The notes under the pieces were generated by a model. It was not told the origin of the DNA, did not search any database, and saw nothing but the letters and a program-made list of their open reading frames with translations. Positions 34,996 to 53,619 of a stretch of 64,000 nt of DNA are shown here, in pieces. The DNA is from the human T2T-CHM13v2.0 reference genome, Homo sapiens. The stretch is from NCBI RefSeq assembly GCF_009914755.1, contig NC_060932.1, one strand, 5' to 3'. Position 1 is the first letter of the stretch. Every line of letters starts with the position of its first letter. The position numbers and the translations under genes are program-made.

Positions 34996-36220
34996 TGAGA
35001 GGTGACAGCGTGCTGGCAGTCGTCACAGCCCTCGCTTGCTCTCGGCGCCTCCTCTGCCTGGGCTTCCACTTTGGCAGCACTTGAGGAGCACTTCAGCCCA
35101 CCGCTGCACTGTGGGAGCCCCTTTCTGGGCTGGCCAAGGCCGGAGCCGCCTCCCTCAGCTTGCGGGGAGGTGTGGAGGGAGAGGCGCGGGCGGGAACCTG
35201 GGCTGCGCAAGGTGTTTGCGGGCCAGTGCGAGTTCCGGGTGGGCGTGGGCTGGGCAGTCCCCGCACTTGGAGCCACCGGCCGGCCGCGCTGGCCCCGGGC
35301 AGTGAGGGGCTTAGCACCTGGGCCAGCAGCTGCTGTGCTCAATTTTTCGCAGGGCCTTAGCTGCCTTCCTGCAGGGCAGGGCTCGGGACGTGCAGCCTGC
35401 CATGCCTGAGCCTCCCCCACCCTCGTGGGCTCCTGCTTGGCCCAAGCCTCCCCGACGAGCGCCGCTCCCTGCTCCGTGGCACCCAGTCCCATCGACCACC
35501 CAAGCGCTGAGGAGTGCAGGCGCAGGGCGCGGGACTGGCAGGCAGCTCCATCTGCGGCCCTGGTGCGGGATCCACTGGGTGAAGCCAGCTGGGCTCCTGA
35601 GTCTGGTGGGGACGTGGAGAACCTTTAGGTCTAGCTCAGGGATTGTAAATACACCAATCAGCACCCTGTGTCTAGCTCAGGGTTTGTGAATGCACCAATC
35701 TACACTCTGTATCTAGTTACTCTGGTGGGGACTTGGAGAACCTTTGTGTGGACACTCTGTATCTAGCTAATCTAGTGGGGAGGTGGAGAACCTTTGTGTC
35801 TAGCTCAGGGATTATAAACGCACCAATCAGCGCCCTGTCAAAACAGATCACTCCGCTCTCTGTAAAATGGACCAATCAGCAGGATGTGGGTAGGGCCAGA
35901 TAAGAGAATAAAAGCAGGCTGCCCGAGCCAGCAGTGGCAACCCGCTTGGGTCCCCTTCCACAATGTGGAAGGTTTGTTCTTTGGCTCTTTGCAATAAATC
36001 TTGCTGCTGCTCACTCTTTGGGTCCACACTGCCTTTATGAGCTGTAACACTCACCGAGAAGATCTGCAGCTTCACTCCTGAAGCCAGCGAGACCATGAAC
36101 CCACCGGGAGGAAAGAACAACTCCAGATGCACTGCCTTAAGAGCTATAACACTCATCACGAGGGTCCGCGGCTTCATTCTTGAAGTCAGTGAGACCAAGA
36201 ACCCACCAATTCCGGGCACA
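34996..36220 (+). mobile_element. Solo LTR12-family (ERV9) LTR inserted in a minus-strand Alu (34700-36255)
   Basis: Starts tgagaggtgacagcgtgctggcag and ends ccaattccgggcaca. 4-bp TSD ctag (34992-34995, 36221-36224). tctagctcaggg/caccaatc enhancer repeats. Confidence 0.97.
35630..35945 (+). promoter_or_regulatory. LTR12 U3 enhancer/promoter: repeated CCAAT (NF-Y) boxes, GATA site, AATAAA TATA-equivalent at 35907-35912
   Basis: Motifs seen directly; function from established ERV9 LTR biology, activity of this copy unknown. Confidence 0.6.
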
Positions 36221-36255
36221 CTAGGATTACAAATGTGAGCCACTGTACCCAGTCA

Positions 36256-38520
36256 ACACTTGTTACTATCTGTTTTTTTTAATTAGTTTTTTGTTGTTTT
36301 TATAATAGCCATTCTAGTGGTGTGAATTGGTATATCCCACTAGATACCAATAGTTTCGACTTTCTTTTCTCTGATGGCCAATAATGTTGACCATCTTTAC
36401 ATGTGCTTATTCATCGTTTGTGTTTCTTCTTTGGAGAAATGTCAGATCCTTTGGCCACTTTTTAATTGGGTTATTACCTTTTTATTATTGAGTTGTAAAA
36501 GTTCTTTATACTAGATACAAATTTCTTATCAGACATGATTTGCAAAAATTTTCTCCCATGCTGTAGAGTGTCTTTTCACTCTCTTGGTCGTGTCCTTTGA
36601 GGCACAAAAATTTAAACTTCTGGTGATGTCCAGTTTATCTATATTTTTCTTTTATTGCTTATGCTTTTGGTGTCATGTCTAAGAAACCATTGCCTAATCT
36701 AAGGACATGCAAGTTTATACCTGTGTTTTCTTCTGAGAGTTTTATAGTTTTAGCTCTTTAATTTAGGTTTTTAATCAATCTTTTAGTTAATTTTTGCATA
36801 TGGTGTGAGATATGCATCCAGCTTTATTCCATGTAAATTTCTATTTGCATGTGGATATTCATTTGCATGTGGATAATCCATGTGACCCAATACCACTGGT
36901 TGAAATGATAGTTCTTTCTCCCACTGAATTGTCTTGGCACTCTAGTAAAAAAATCAATTAACTGTATACATGCCAGGACCTATTTCTGGAATTTCAGTTC
37001 TATTCCGTTGATCTATGTGTCTATTCTTACACCCGTTCCACACTGTCTTGATTTTCATATTTTTGTAGTTCTTTGAAATTAAGAAATGTGAACCTGGTCT
37101 TTTTTCTCAAAATTGTTTTGTCTATTCTGAGTCCCTTGCATTTCCATATGAATTTTTGGATCAGCTTGTCAATTTCTGTAAAGAAGGCAGCTGGGATTTT
37201 GATAGTGATTGCATTAAACATCCATATCAATTTGGGGAGTATTGCCACTTTAACAATATTACATCTTTCCATTCATGAATATAGGATGTCTTTCCATTTA
37301 TTTAGCTCTTCTTTCACATTTTTCAATAATGTTTTGTAATTTTCATTTTATAAGTTTTGCGCTTCTTTTGTTAATTTATTCCTGAGCATTTGATATGGTT
37401 TGGATCTGTATGCCTACCCAAATCTCATGTTGAATTGTAATTCCCAGTGTTGGAGGTGGGGTCTGGTTAGGAGGTGATTGTATTAAAGGGGTAGTTTTCT
37501 CATAAATGGTTTAGCACCATCACCTTAGTGCTGTTCTCGTGATAGTGAGTCCTTGGGAGATCTAGTCGTTTAAAAGTGTGTAGCACCTCCCACCTCACTC
37601 GTTCTTGTTTCTACTCTGACCATGAGATGCCTCACTCCCCCTTTGCCTTCCGCCATGATTGAAAGTTTCCTGAGGCCTCTCTAGAAGCTGATGCTGCCAT
37701 GCTTCCTGTACATCCAGTAGAACTATGAGCCAATTAAACCTCTTCGTTTTGAATTACCCAGTCTCAGGTATTTCTTCATAGCAGTTGGGAATGGACAAAT
37801 ATAGTATTTTATTCTTTTTGGTGCTGTTCTAAATAAAACTACTCTCAATTTCATTTTTAGTTTGCTCATTGCTACTGTACAAAAATACAATTGATTCCAT
37901 CAGGACTTGGTGAAATGAAAAAGATAGGAAACCATAGAAATACAATGAAATATTGTTTATATTCATCTTGTATTCTGAAACTTGCAAGACTCACTTATTA
38001 GTTCTAAGAGATTTTTAGTGGATTTTCTTGTATTTTCTGTATACCAGCTCATGTCATCTGCAAACAGAGATAGTTTTACTTCTTCTTTTCCAATCTGTAT
38101 CCATTTTTATTTCATTTTCTTACCTAATTGCCCTCACTAGAACCTCTAAAACAATGTTCAATAGAAGTGGCAAGAGCAGATGTCAGTATCTTGTTCTTAA
38201 TCTTTAAATTCAGACTTTTACCTTTAAGTATGATGTTACTTGTTGGTTTCCCTAGATGTTCTTTATCAGGGTGAGGAATTTCCCTTCTATTCCTGGATTG
38301 TTGGGTGGTTTTTTTTCATGACAGGGTGTTGGATTTTGTGAAATGCTTTTTCTGCAACTATTGAGATGATCATCTGGTTTTTTTGTCCTTCATTCTATTT
38401 ATGAGTATATTATGTTAATCGATTTAGGTATGTTAAACACACTTGCATTCCTGGGATCGTCATAGTGTATATTCTTTCTATATATTGCCAGATTCTGTTT
38501 GCTAGTATTTTGCTGAGGAT
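36256..38520 (-). mobile_element. Old L1M ORF2 segment (continuation of the L1M left of the Alu/LTR12)
   Basis: [46 protein letters not shown]. Confidence 0.88.
37391..37803 (+). mobile_element. Solo MSTA-like MaLR LTR within L1M
   Basis: tgatatggtttggatctg...aatggacaaatata; TSD gcatt/gtatt. Confidence 0.88.
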
Positions 38521-41500
38521 TTTTTTAATTGTACATTAAGTTCTGGGGTATATGTGCAGAATATGCAGTTTTGTTACATAGGTATACACGTGCCATGGTG
38601 GTTTGCTGCACCCATCAACCTGTCGTCTACATTAGGTGTTTCTCCTAATGCTATCCCTCCCCTAGCCCCTCAACCCTGAACAGGCCACTGATGTGTGATG
38701 TTCCCCTCCCTGTGTCCATGTCTTCTCATTGTTCAACTCCCACTTATGACTGATAACATGTGGTGTTCGGTTTTCCGTTCTTGTGTTAGTTTGCTGAGAA
38801 TGGTGGTTTCCAGCTTCATCCATGTCACTGCGAGGGACATGAACTCATCTTTTTTTATGGCTGCATAGTTTTCCATGGTGTATATGTGCCACGTTTTCTT
38901 TGTCCAGTCTATTATTGATGGGCATTTGGGTTGGTTCCAAGTCTTTGCTATTTTTAACAGTGCCACAATAAACATACATTTGCATGTGCCCCTCTAATAG
39001 AATGATTTATAATCCTTTGGGTATATACCCAGTAATGGGATTACTGGGTCAAATGTTATTTCTTGTTCTAGATCCTTGAGGAATCGCCACACTGTGTTCC
39101 ACAACAGTTGAACCAATTTACACTCCCACCAACAGTGTAAAAGCGTTCTTATTTCTCCACATCCTCTCCAGCAGCTGTTGTTTCCTGACTTTTTAATCAT
39201 CACCATTCTAACTGGTGTGAGATGGTATTTCATTGTGGTTTTGATTTGCATTTCTCTAATGACCAGTGATGATGAGCTTTTTTTATGTTTGTTGGCTGCA
39301 TCAATGTCTTCTTTTGAGAAGTGTCTGTTCATATCCTTTGCCCACTTTTTGATGGGGTTCTTTTTTTTTTCATGTGAATTTGTTTTAGTTCTTTGTAGAT
39401 TCTGGATATTAGCCCTTTGTCAGATGTACAGATTGCAAAAAATTTCCCCCCATTCTGTAGGTTGCCTGTTCACTCTGATGATAGTTTCTTTTGCTGTGCA
39501 GAAGTTCTTTAGTTTAACTGGATCCCAGTTGTCAATTTTGGCTTTTGTTGCCTTTGCTTTTGGTGTTTTAGTCATGAAGTCTTTGCCCAGGCCTAGATCC
39601 TGAATGGTATCGCCTAGGTTTTCTTCTAGGGTTTTTATGGTTTTAGGTCTTAGGTTTAAGTGTTTAATCCATCTTGAGTTAATTTTTGTGTAACGTTTAA
39701 GGAACAAATCCAGTTTCAGATTTCTGCATATGGCTAGCCAGTTTTCCCAACACTATTTATCAAATAGGGGATTCTTTCCCCATGGCTTCTTTTTGTCAGG
39801 TTTGTCAAAGATCAGATGGTTTTAGATGTGTGGTGTTATTTAAGAGGTCTCTGTTCTGTTTCATTGGTCTATATATCTGTTTTGGTACCAGTACCATGTT
39901 GTTTTGGTTACTGTAGCCTTGTAGTATAGTTTGAAGTCAGGTAGTGTGATGCTTCCAGCTTCGTTCTTTTTGCTTAGGATTGTCTTGGCTATGTGGGCTC
40001 TTTTGTGGTTCCATATGAAGTTTAAAGTAGTTTTTCCAATTTTGTGAAGAAAGGCAGGGGTAGCTTGATGGGGATAGCATTGAATCTATAAATTACTTTG
40101 GGCAGTATGGCCATTTTCACGGTATTGATTCTTCCTCTCCATGAGCATGGAATGTTTTTCAATTTATTTGTGTCCTCTCTTATTTCCTTGAACAGTGGTT
40201 TGCACTTCTCCTTGAAGAGGTGCTTCTCGTCCCTTGTAAGTTGGATTCCTAGGTATTTTATTCTCTTAGTAGCACTTGTGAATGGGAGTTCACTCATGAT
40301 TTGGCTTTCTGTTTGTCTGTTTCTGGTGTATAGGTATGTGATTTTTGCACATTGATTTTGTATCCTGAGACTTTGCTGAAGTTGCTTATCAGCTTAAGGA
40401 GATTTGGGGCAGAGACAATGGGATTTTCTCAATATACAGTGATGTCATCTGCAAATAGGGACAATTTGACTTCCTTTTTTCCTATTTGAATACCCTTTAT
40501 TTTTTCTCTTGCCTTATTGTCCTGGCCAGAACTTCCAATACTATGTTGAATAGGAGTGGTGAGAGAGGGTATCCTTGTCTTATGCTGGTTTTCAAAGGAA
40601 ATGCTTCCAGCTTTTGCCCAGTCAGTAGGATATTGGCTGTGGGTTTGTCATAAATAGCTATTATTATTTCAACACACGTTCCATCGATACCTAGTTTATT
40701 GAGAGTTTTTAGGTTAAAATGGTGTGGAGTTTTGTCGAAGGCCTTTTCTGTATCTACTGAGATAATCATGTGGTTTTTGTCATTGGTTCTGTTTATGTGA
40801 TGAATTATGTTTATTGATTTGCATATGTTGAACCAGCCTTGCATCCCAGGGATGAAGCCAAGTTGATCTTGGTGGATAAGCTTTTTGATGTGCTGCTGGA
40901 TTCGGTTTGCCAGTATTTTATTGAGGATTTTTGTATTGATGTTCATCAAGGATATTGGCCTGAAATTTTGTCTTTTGGTTGTGTCTCTGCCAGGTTTTGG
41001 TATCAGGATGATGCTGGCCTCATAAAATGAGTTACAGAGGATTCCCTCTTTTTCTATTGTTTGGAATAGTTTCAGAAGAAATGGTACCAGCTCTTCTTTG
41101 TACCTCTTTTAGAATTCTGCTGTGAATCATTCTGGTCTTGGACTTTTCTTGGTTGGTAAGCTATTAATTATTGCCTCAATTTCAGAACCTGTTATTGGTC
41201 TATTCAGGGAATCAACTTCTTCCTGGTTTAGGCTTGGACGGGTGTATGTCTCCAGAAATTTATCCATTTTCTTCTATATTTTCTACTTTATTTGTGTAGA
41301 GGTGTTGATGGTATTCTCTGATGGTAGTTTGTATTTCTGTGGTATCAATGGTGATATCCCTTTTATCATTTTTTATTGCCTCTATTTGATTCTTCTCTCT
41401 TTTCTTCTATATTAGTTTGGCTAGTGGTCTATTTTGTTGATCTTTTCAAAAAACCAGCTCCTGGATTCATTGATTTTTTTGAAGGGTTTTTTGTGTCTCT

Positions 41501-44500
41501 ATCTCCTTCAGTTCTGCTCTCTTCTTAGTTTTTTTCTTGTCTTTTGCCAGCTTTTGAATGTGTTTGTTCTTGGTTCTCTAGTACTTCTAATTGTGATGTT
41601 AGGGTGTTGATTTTAGATCTTTCCTGCTTTCTCTTGTGGGCATTTAGTGCTATAAATTTCCCACTACATACTGCTTTGAATGTGTCCCAGAGATACTGGT
41701 ACGTTGTGTCTTTGTGCTCATTGGTTTCAAAGAACATCTTTATTTCTGCATCAATTTCGTTATTTACCCAGTAGTCATTCAGGAGCAGGTTATTCAGTTC
41801 CCATGTAGTTGTGCGGTTTTCAGTGAGTTTCTTAATCCTGATTTCTAATTTGATTGCCCTGTGGTATGAAAGACTGTTTGTTATGATTTCCATTCTTTTG
41901 CATTTGCTGAGGAGTGTTTTACTTCCAATTATGTGGTCAATTTTAGAATAAGTACGATGTGGTGCTGAGCGGAATATTCTGTTGATTTTGGATGGAGAGT
42001 TCTGTAGATGTTTATGAGGTCCGCTTGGTCCAGAGCTGAGTTCAAGTCCTGAATATCCTTGTTAATTTTCTGTCTCATTGATCTGTCTAATATTAACAGT
42101 GGGGTGTTAAAGTCTCCCAATAATATTGTGTGGGAGTGTAAGTTTCTTTGTAGGTCTCTAAGAACTTGCTTTATGAATCTGGGTGCTTCTGTATTGGCTG
42201 CACATATATTTAGGATAGTTAGCTCTTCTTGTTGCATTGATCTCTTTACCATTATGTAATGCCCTCTTTGTCTCTTTTAATCTTTGTTGGTTTAAAGTCT
42301 CTTTTATCCAAGATTAAAACTGCAACTCCTGCTCTTTTTTGCTTTGCATTTGCCTGGTAAATATTCCTCCATCCCTTTATTTTGAGCCTATGTGTGTCTG
42401 CACATGAAATGGGTCTCCTGAATACAGCACACTGATGGGTCTTGACTCGTTGTCCAGTTTGCCAATCTGTGTCTTTTAATTGGGGCAATCAGCCCATTTA
42501 CATTTAAGTTTAACATTGTTATGTATGAATTCGATCTTGTCATTATGATGCTAGCTGGTTATTTTGCTCATTTGTTTATGTAGTTTCTTCATAGTGTCTA
42601 TGTTCTTTACAATTTGGCATGTTTTTGCAGTGGCTGGTACCAGTTGTTCCTTTCCATGCTTAGTGCTTCCTTCAGGAGCTCTTGTAAGGCAGGCCTGGTG
42701 CTGACAAACTCTCTCAGCAGTTGCTTGCCTATAAAGGATTTTATTTCTCCTTCACTTATGAAGCTTAGTTTGGCTGGATATGAAATTCTGAGTTGAAAAT
42801 TCTTTTCTTTAAGAATGTTGAATATTGACCCCCACTCGCTTCTGGCTTGTAGGGTTTTGCTGAGAGATCCACTGTTAGTCTGACGGGCTTCCCATTGCGG
42901 GTAACCCAACCTTTCTCTCTGGCTACGCTTAACATTTTTTCCTTCATTTCAACCTTGGTGAATCTAACAATTATGTGTCTTGGGGTTGCTCTTCTCAAGG
43001 AGTATCTTTTTGGTGTTCTCTGTATTTCCTGAATTTGAATGTTGGCCTGTCTTGCTAGGTTGGTGAAATTCTCCTGGATTGTATCCTGAAGAGTGTTTTC
43101 CAACTTGGTTTCATTCTCCCTGTTACTTTCATGTACACTAATCAAATGTAAGTTTGGTCTTTTCACGTAGTGTCATATTTCTTGGATGCTTTGTTCGTTC
43201 CTTTTCATTCTTTTTTCTCTAATCTTGTCTTCATGCTTTATTTCATTAAGTTGATCTTCGATGTCTGATATCCTTTCTTCCACTTGATAGATTCAGCTAT
43301 TGATACTTGCATATGCTTCACGGAGTTCTTGTCCTGTGTTTCCAGCTCCATCATGTCACTTACGTTCTTCTCTAAACTGATTATTCTAGTTAGCAATTTG
43401 TCTAACCTGTTTTCAAGGTTCTTAGCTTCCTTGCATTGGGTTAGAACATGCTCTCAGCTTGGAGGAGTTTGTTGTCACCCACCTTCTGAAGCCTACTTCT
43501 GTGAATTCGTCAAACTCATTCTCCGTCCAGTTTTGTTCCCTTGCTGGCGAGGAGTTGTGATCCTTTGTGGGAGAAGTGGCGTTGTGGTTTTTGGAATTTT
43601 CAGGCTTTTTGTGCTGGTTTCTCCACATCTTTGTGGATTTATCTACCTTTGGTCTTTGATGTTGGTGACCTTTGGATGTGGTCTCTGAGTGGACGTGCTA
43701 TTCATTTCTGTTTTTTAGTTTTCCTTCTAACAGTCAGGTCCCTCTGCTGCACATCTGCTGGAGGTCCACTCCAGACCTTTTGCCTGGCTATTACCACGGA
43801 GGCTGCAGAACAGCAAATATTACTGCCTATTATTTCCTCTGGAATCTTCATCCCAGAGGGGCACCTGCCAGATGCCAGCCAGAGTTCTGCTGTATGAGGT
43901 GTCTTTTGGCCTCTACTGAGAGGTGTCTCCCAGTCAGTGTATACGGCTGTCAGGGACCTACTTGAGGAGGCAGTCTGACCCTTAGCAGAGCTCGAATGCT
44001 GTGCTTGGTGATTTGCTGCTCTCTTCAGAGCTGCTAGGCAGGGACGTTTAAATCTGCTGAAGCTGCGCCCACAGCCGCCCCTTCCCCCAGGTGCTCTGTC
44101 CAGGGAGATGGGGGTTTTATCTGTGAGTCTCTGACTAGGGCTGCTGCCTTTTTTTTTCCAGAGATGCCCTGCCCAGCGAGGAGAAATCTAGAAAGGCAGT
44201 CTGGCCACAGTGGCCTTGCTGAGCTACGGTGGGCTCCATCCCATTTGAACATTCTGGTGGCTTTGTTTACACTGTGAGGGTAAAACCACCTACTCAAGCC
44301 TCAGCAATGGCAGATGCCCCTCCCCCCCACCAAGCTCCAGCATCCCAGGTCGATCTCAGACTGCTGCTGTGCTGGCAGTGAGAATTTCAAGCCAGTGGAT
44401 CTTTGTTTGCTGGGTTCTGTCGGGGTGGGACCCGCCGAGCCAGACCACTTGGCTCCCTGGCTTCAGCCCTCTTTTCAGGGGAGTAAACGGTTCTGTCTCG

Positions 44501-44948
44501 CTGGCATTCCAGGTGCCAGTCGGGTATGGAAAAAGAACTCCAGCAGCTAACTCAGTGTCTGCCCAAACGGCCGCCCAGTTTTGTGCTTGAAACCCAGGGC
44601 CCTGGTGGCTTAGGCACTGGAGGGAATCTCCTGGTTTGCATGTTGCAAAGACCATGAGAAGAGCGCAGTATCTGGGCTGGAGGGCACGGTTCCTCAGGCT
44701 CAGTCCCTCCCGGCTTCCCTTGGGTAGGGGAGAAAATTCCCCAACCCCTTGCATTTTCTGGGTGAAGCAACGCCCCACTCTGCTTCGGCTCGCCCTCTGT
44801 GGGGTGCATCCACTGTCCAACCAGTCCCAGTGAGGTGAACCGGGTACTTCAGTTGGAAATGCAGAAATCACCAACCTTCTGCGTCGATTTTGCTGGGAGC
44901 TGCAGACCAGAGCTGTACCTATTTGGCCATCTTGCCAGCAATCCCCTC
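38521..44948 (-). mobile_element. Full-length L1PA (L1PA7/8-like), ORFs disrupted
   Basis: 3' UTR at left, ORF2 RT piece [35 protein letters not shown]1 pieces, 5' end GCTGGCAAGATGGCCAAATAGG with YY1 core. Confidence 0.97.
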
Positions 44949-44959
44949 TGCTTTTTAAT

Positions 44960-48400
<3,441 letters not shown>

Positions 48401-48407
48401 AATTATT

Positions 48408-48700
<293 letters not shown>

Positions 48701-49599
48701 TTATTTATAGGAAGCACTTAGACATTGGGTGAAGCTTCTTTTCCCCAGAGAGGATTTGCACATGCTCCTGCCTGCAGTAGAAGCACTACCCATCTAGGAA
48801 CTGCTTGAGGTTTCCTGAACAAACCAGATATGAAAACCTGAGGGCTAGTTCACCCTTATGCTGAAGATACAGGCCTTTGGATTTCTGATAATATTCATCA
48901 TTGAAACTATGCTTTCTTGGGAGCTTCTTTTCTTAAAGTACCATAAATCATACAATATTCCACGTGGAAAAATTCATGACTTTAACAAAGGATAAGACAA
49001 TGATGTCTGGGTTCTTTCTTTTCAATAATATTCCCTATGAGATTAAGAAGATTGCAGCCTCTTTAAGCCAAAACAATATGCTATTCCAGTTTCCTTGAGA
49101 AATAGTTTATAAAACAAAAACAGTGTACAATTCAGGAGATATTTATTAAGTGTCTGCCACAGACCAGGTGCTATGGTGCTAGGAATACCATGGTGAGAAT
49201 TACAGAAACCAGCCTTCCAATGACTACTGAACTTCTTTCCTGCATATAATTGGTGGCTTAAAGATTATCTTATTATTTTGATTTGGAACTGTAAGGGTAA
49301 AATAAATAAATCATCACATTTTCATTATTTTCCATTTGCTACTATTCCTCAGGGAGCTCAAAGCCTATTTGGGGAGAAAACATAAAACAGCATGGATAAT
49401 TCAATTATCCACTCTTGTATATGGAAGGCCTCCTACACAGAGGATACGGGAAGTAATGATCACATGGCTGTGAGGTAAAATGTACCCAGTAATCTACATG
49501 TATTTCCTACCTCAAGTCTATGAGGTAGGCATTATTATCCCCATTTTACAATGAAAGAAACAAGTACATGGACATTCACTTTCCTGAAGTCACACAGCA

Positions 49600-50496
<897 letters not shown>

Positions 50497-50712
50497 TGCC
50501 TAATATGGGCCAATCTGATATCTTACAGGCCTGAAACCACACTGTCTTCCCAGGCATTGCTATGCACTAACAACCAAATTTTCAGGGGTGGGGCCTTTGA
50601 ATAGAAATTTCAGTAAGAGTCCAGACAACATAAATCATACAAAAGTAAAGCTAAATTTGTCTTTAAAGGTCACTTAATTAGACTCTCTCACTTTACATTT
50701 GAGAAAAATGAG

Positions 50713-51085
<373 letters not shown>

Positions 51086-51197
51086 CTAGAACCTTGTTTG
51101 TTTTCCCATCCAAAATTCTTTACGCTGTTTCTTCCTGGCTTTCCTTGGTGCTTAAAGAGGAAAAATACTCTCACTAATGTGTTTTGCATAAATGGCA

Positions 51198-51200
<3 letters not shown>

Positions 51201-51243
<43 letters not shown>
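51201..51243. repeat. (GT)~21 microsatellite
   Basis: Direct reading. Confidence 0.97.
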
Positions 51244-51248
<5 letters not shown>

Positions 51249-51548
51249 GCAATGAATACTTGCTGCTGGGTTAGAAGACCAAGGACAATTTGCCCTAGCT
51301 GGTCACAATGAAGAGAAATTTCTCAATGTTCCCTCATTCCCTTTGTTCTCCACCTCCTGCCCCAGCAGCAAGAAACAAACACTGAACAGAATTAGTAAGA
51401 GCTCTGGATAATGGGTTACCTGGGTGCTTCATGAAGAGAAAGCAGAGGTGCCAGGAGACAGGCCAGACATATGCAAAACGGAGGAAGCTAGTTAGGTTAG
51501 CTATATTTGATAATTTATCAGCCAAAGAATTGCAGATTTGTGGCTCCT

Positions 51549-51969
51549 TGTCTTAGTCCATTTTATGTTGCTATAAAGGAATACCTAAGACTGGGTAATT
51601 TATAAAGAAGAGATATTTAATTTGGTTCATGGTTCTGCAGGCTGTGCAAGGAGCGTGGTGCTAGCATCTGCTTTTGGTGAGGGCCTCTGGCTGCCTCCGC
51701 TCAGGGCAGAGGTGAAAGGGAGCTGGTGTGTACAGAGACCACATGGAAAGAAAGGAAGCAAGGTGGGGGTGGAGGTGCCAGGCTCGTTCTGACAATCAGC
51801 CCTCCAGAACTAACAGAGTAAGAGCTCGTTTTAACCCCCTGCCCAGGGCATTAATCTATTCATAAGGTATCTGCCCCCATGACCAAACATCTGCCACTAG
51901 GCCCACCTCCAATGGTGGGGGCCAAATTTCAACATGAGATCTGGAGGGTCAGATACCCAAACTGTAGCA
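51549..51969 (-). mobile_element. Solo MSTB-like MaLR LTR
   Basis: tgtcttagtccatttt.tgttgctataaaggaatacc...cccaaactgtagca; TSD ctcct/ctccc. Confidence 0.85.
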
Positions 51970-52083
51970 CTCCCAAAATGTGGAAGGTACAGGAGAGATT
52001 TTCAGGATCCTGAGGGATCCGCAAAAGCAGAAAACAGAGCAATCTTTCTAGAGTGCATTTTTCAATAGTATTCTCCCTAAGCA

Positions 52084-52200
52084 ACTTCTCTGCAGTGCTG
52101 TAGTGCTATATATGTCCACTAGAGGTCAGCACCTACTTCTGTGTAGAGCTGTATTGCTACACATGTCCACTAGAGGTCAGCACCTACTTCTATCTAAAGC
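52084..52200 (+). promoter_or_regulatory. 51-bp tandem duplication, each unit carrying a CTCF-like core plus upstream module
   Basis: gctgtagtgctatatatgtccactagaggtcagcacctacttct (52097-52140) and gctgtattgctacacatgtccactagaggtcagcacctacttct (52148-52191). Confidence 0.7.
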
Positions 52201-53156
52201 AGGGGTTCCACCTGTTTCATCTAAAGATGAAAGATAAAATAAAAAATAAAGATCCTCCGCCTGGAGATATGTTGTCTGCCAAACAAACTGAATTTATTAA
52301 GAAACAGTCAACTTAGGTTTCCAATTTTTCTTTATAAAAGACACTCATAATAGTAGCCGTTAGAGTTTTCTGAGTACCCTGAGATAATCCGTGTTGTAAA
52401 ATTCCAGCATGACCACCACCACCACTACCCCAATTTTTTTTCTAGTTAGACTTTTCACCAGAAATGTATCCACTGGAGATTTGAAATGCTGAAAGTTAAA
52501 AAGAAAGATGGGAAGAAGGGAGGGAGGGAGGGAACAAATGAAAAAAGAGATAAAGGAAAAAAAGAAAAGACGAAGGGAACTCTCTCCTCAAGAAAAGATA
52601 CTTCCATTTTCCTTCTCAGTGACAGACAGACATGCGCCATTGGCTGGAGCTTCCTAATCTGTCCGTGGGTGAGGGGAGGACTGAATGCATTGAAGGAATC
52701 TGCTAGCTCGAGTAAGCTCCTAATCGCATTTGCTTGGCCAGTGACGAATGCTTTAGAGTTAGTGTGGTCGTGTTTGAAATCCACTTAATTTCATTGTCTA
52801 CCTGCATGTGCGTGCTACAGGGTGTGGGGAGACGGTATCAGGCCAATTCAAGGCAATTTGAGGGAACTTAATCATCTTGACCGGGTTGTCATCTGTCCGA
52901 AGTCAGGGACTCTGTGGTATGTATCATTTTTCTCTCTGATGTCACTACAGGGTTTGGGACACAGTATGAATGGGTTAATGACAATGCATTAAAACGCAAA
53001 ACGTGTTCATAAGCCACCTAATGAATAAAGAGCACCCATTTTCTGGAGTCTACAACTCTTGAGGTACATGCAGAAACAGGCAATGCACTGTATATCCGTG
53101 ATTTACATGTGTATGGTCCGTATTTAATGCTCAGGTTAAGACTTGAACAGCTGACA

Positions 53157-53510
53157 AGGCTGGACGCAGTGGCTCACGCCTGTAATCCCAACACTTTGGG
53201 AGGCTGTGTTGGGAGGACCGCTTGAGCCCAGGAAGTCAAGGCCGCAGTGAGCCATGACCGTAGCCACTGCATTCCAGCCTGGGTGACAAAGCAAGACCCG
53301 TCTCTTAGAAATAAATATAATGGATGATTGGATGCAGAAAAATAAATGAACAAGCATATATATATTTTAAAACAAATATGTATAAACATATATAAAAACA
53401 AATATATATAAAAACATATAAAAACATTAAAACATAAAATATATAAAAATATATTTATTAACACATATATAAACACATATATTAAAACATATATATATAT
53501 ATATATATAA
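53157..53510 (+). repeat. Internally deleted Alu (53157-53310) followed by AT-rich low-complexity/(AT)n tract
   Basis: Direct reading. Confidence 0.85.
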
Positions 53511-53619
53511 AACAGCTGACAAAACCGAGAAGTTTCGGGAAGCAATCTTGTTCATATTTTACCCGCATCACCACCCTCTGAGGTCCGCGGCTGGAGCGCA
53601 TTGACAGTAGTAAAAATAT

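Noticed and set aside
34992-35689. Stack of overlapping GC-rich ORFs and CpG-island-like composition
   Set aside because: Entirely explained by the LTR12 U3 region
52084-52200. Repeat-spacer-repeat pattern resembling a mini CRISPR array
   Set aside because: The spacers are homologous to each other (simple tandem duplication), context is eukaryotic, no cas genes
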